A stretch of DNA of 64,000 nucleotides from Neoconidiobolus thromboides FSU 785. Taxonomy: Eukaryota; Fungi; Entomophthoromycota. The stretch lies in NCBI GenBank assembly GCA_025603075.1, contig MU626350.1:18950-82949 (forward strand), in the 5' to 3' direction. Within the stretch, counting starts at the first letter, position 1, and each line of letters starts with the position of its first letter. Both the position numbers and the translations under genes were made by a program. Below the pieces are notes generated by a model. That model was not told where the DNA came from. It saw only the letters and a program-made list of their open reading frames with translations, and did no database searches. Below are positions 61,648-64,000 of this stretch, piece after piece.

Positions 61648-61745
61648 AAATGAGGATGTTTTTCTAGCTTTATTACTTTTTCATTTTTAATCGCTATTTG
61701 AGTGGAAAGATTGTTACTAAAATTCTTGAACAAAAACCCTCAAGT
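61648..61745 (-). mobile_element. MITE copy 19 (AAAT/AAGT)
   Basis: Reverse match; ends 4 nt before copy 20. Confidence 0.88.
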
Positions 61746-61749
61746 ATTA

Positions 61750-61855
61750 ATATGGGGATGTTTTTTTTGATTTGATTATTTTTCCATTTTTTAAGCGCTA
61801 TTTGAGTAGAAAGGTTGTTAGTAAAATTCTTAAACACAAAAAAACACCCCCATAT
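61750..61855 (-). mobile_element. MITE copy 20 (ATAT/ATAT)
   Basis: Near-intact TIRs, reverse orientation. Confidence 0.93.
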
Positions 61856-62054
61856 AAAGTTTATAAAATTACAAACCTTTTCTTAAAGTACTTTCTTGTT
61901 TTTGCTTTATTTTTTTATTTTATTTTTTTATATACTAGATACATATACTATGTAAATATGTTTTTCTTACTGTTTTTTTAAAACTGCTTAGTATATATCT
62001 AAAAAACAATAACTTAGCTATCGTTTTATTTTTTATAGTGTCAAGATGTTTGTT

Positions 62055-62151
62055 ATATGTAAATATATTTCGTTCAAGAATTTTAGTAACAATCTTTCCA
62101 CTCAGATAGCGATTAAAAATGAAAAAGTAAAGTCAAAAAAATGCCCTATAT
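62055..62151 (+). mobile_element. MITE copy 21 (ATAT/ATAT)
   Basis: Left TIR eroded; internal and right parts match. Confidence 0.82.
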
Positions 62152-63189
62152 ATATATTTTTGCTTTTATTTAAGAAAATGATTTTATCAAGTAAATATTA
62201 TATAATAATTTTAATTTGCTCATTTTTAATTTTTTACATTTTTGATAATATTTGATAATATTTATGTTTTATTATTAATAATTATTTAAAAACAATTATA
62301 TTAGTTTTTGTTTATATTGTGAAATATCGCTTTGACAGCTTTATGATTGATTATAGCATAACAATAGTTTAAGTTACTGTGTTCTCAAGCTCAAGCACAA
62401 TCAATCCCAAGCTTTTATTTTGGTTTGCTATGAGAATTTCTGTCATGTGATTCCAAGGGAGATTATCTCTCTGTTTTGATATCCATACTTGTTGAAATAT
62501 AAAAGATATTCTTCAATGTAACTCGAGGCTTTTTAATTAAATTATTACCTGATGTCGTACCTTTAATAAAGCCATTAAATCTTTGTAATAATATTTTACG
62601 TGGATTTTACAATAGTATTGTCTATTCTATTTGTCTTGCATAGTCTGTAGCATATTACGTATTGTTCTTCATAATTCAACTCTATCTTAGTCACATAAAC
62701 TAAGGCCTTTTGGCTTACAGCTAGCCAACCAAGCAAAAGCTGCTTTTGACTCCAACCACCAAGTATCAGATTTTACAATACTGAGTCTAAAACTTTTATA
62801 TTTATATTTATCAAAAGAATATGCTAAAGCTATAATTGATAATAATATTATTTATTAGCTTTTATTTCCTACTTCCTTTAAAACATTAGTTTTAAAGCCA
62901 ATCACTCTTATGCAGCTAATTTTCAACTTAGTAATATATTAGTAATATAATTTAATATCAAAAAAATAACACCACCATTTGAACAAGATATAAACTTTTT
63001 CAATTTATTTATTTCAAATAGCTATCAAAGTAAAGGTCTATGGATATTCAATAAGGTATACTTTTCAATAAGATTTTATAAAATATATATTTATTCATAT
63101 ATTATAATTTTTATTATTGATAATATATAAATTAAATTACTCAATTTTATGCAACAGAGGTATTTTTACTTAAATTTAGTAAATTGATT

Positions 63190-63293
63190 ATATGAGGGTT
63201 TTTTTGGTTTCATTACTTTTTCCACCTTTTGAACACTGTTTGGGCAGAAAAATTGTTAGTAAAGTTCTTAAACATGAAAATGCATCCCTATAT
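63190..63293 (-). mobile_element. MITE copy 22 (ATAT/ATAT)
   Basis: GAGGGTTTTTTTGG...GCATCCCT termini, reverse orientation. Confidence 0.88.
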
Positions 63294-64000
63294 TGTTCCT
63301 TTTACCAAAAAAAATATTTATAAAAAATTTAAAAGTTACAAAATACAAATAATTAAAAAATTAGCCTTTTTTGATAGTATTTATTAATTAGTTAATTTAT
63401 AACCTAAACTTTAAAAATCAGATAAAAATGAAACCAATTTAGACATCTTTGTACATAAAGCTAATTAATGCCACGCTTTATGATATTTTGTTTTGACTAA
63501 ATTTTACTTTGTTGGAATTTGTTCTAGCATTGACAATCAAAATTTCACAAAATAATGCTTCAATTTAAAGCCTCTATAAGCATTCCGGTAAGACTTTATT
63601 ATCTCAAGGATGAATGCACTTATAATACCAAAAATAGAATTCCTTAAAGAGGAAAGATTGAATATTAATTGGTTAGTAAAAGGTAGGAAAAACTTGAAGA
63701 TCATATATGTTTATCAAAAAATAAACTCAACTACTTTTAAAAGAGCTGTCGGCTTAAAGTAATAAAAACCTTACTTTATTTATGTGTTCAATGCTAATAA
63801 ACAAATTAATTAATGAGCAATTTGGATGTTTGGAATGCAAGTTTGAAGGAGGACGGATAGTTGTAAAAATATACAGAACATCCAAAGGTATAAAAGAAGT
63901 CAACCGAGTTGATGATATATATTTTATAAATGACAATCAAAGTTTTTGCTCATGAAATGCCTGGTACAAAAAAAACCGGGTCAAACTGGTAATGGAAAAT

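Noticed and set aside
62704-62716. GGCCTTTTGGCT match to U2 snRNA stem-loop I
   Set aside because: Only 12 nt match; the downstream branch-point recognition sequence (GTAGTA) and the rest of U2 are absent.
60455-63293. Clustered ~100-bp repeats as a CRISPR-like or tandem array
   Set aside because: Copies are irregularly spaced, in both orientations, individually TIR-bounded with flanking duplications; no constant-length spacers and no cas genes.
11117-63293. MITE as a Fanzor/OMEGA-associated ghost element because ends read TATG...CATA
   Set aside because: No TnpB/Fanzor RuvC ORF or guide-RNA-like conserved flank is visible in the window; the 4-nt similarity alone is not evidence.

Overview
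Very AT-rich (roughly three-quarters A+T by eye) eukaryotic DNA with short GT-AG introns (about 45-95 nt). Gene content points to an early-diverging fungus; Entomophthorales/Conidiobolus-like is an inference from composition and the intronless class-A-like 7TM genes. About 24 intact protein genes are supportable: RSE1 (5'-truncated), a PQ-loop transporter, CTP1, HNT1, RAD18, a secreted Thr-rich protein, BTS1, DDX42, an S41 peptidase, neurochondrin-like, MSS4, two 7TM receptors, an acyl-CoA synthetase, a PNPOx-like protein, ORC5, SND2, SDH3, COQ4, a TPT-family transporter, ERG8, a UPF0658-like protein and two hypotheticals. There are also two tandem class-3 lipase pseudogenes. No rRNA, tRNA, CRISPR array or transposase was recognised. 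The main non-genic signal is a dispersed ~100-bp miniature inverted-repeat element (MITE): 21 full-length copies plus one fragment, with GGGGATGT...ACATCCCC termini and flanking 4-nt ATAT/AWWT direct repeats. Three copies sit inside the lipase pseudogenes. Removing each element plus one 4-nt flank restores local collinearity with the paralogue, which is in-window evidence of transposition and target duplication. All coordinates and alignments were read by eye; exon boundaries and some starts are approximate.
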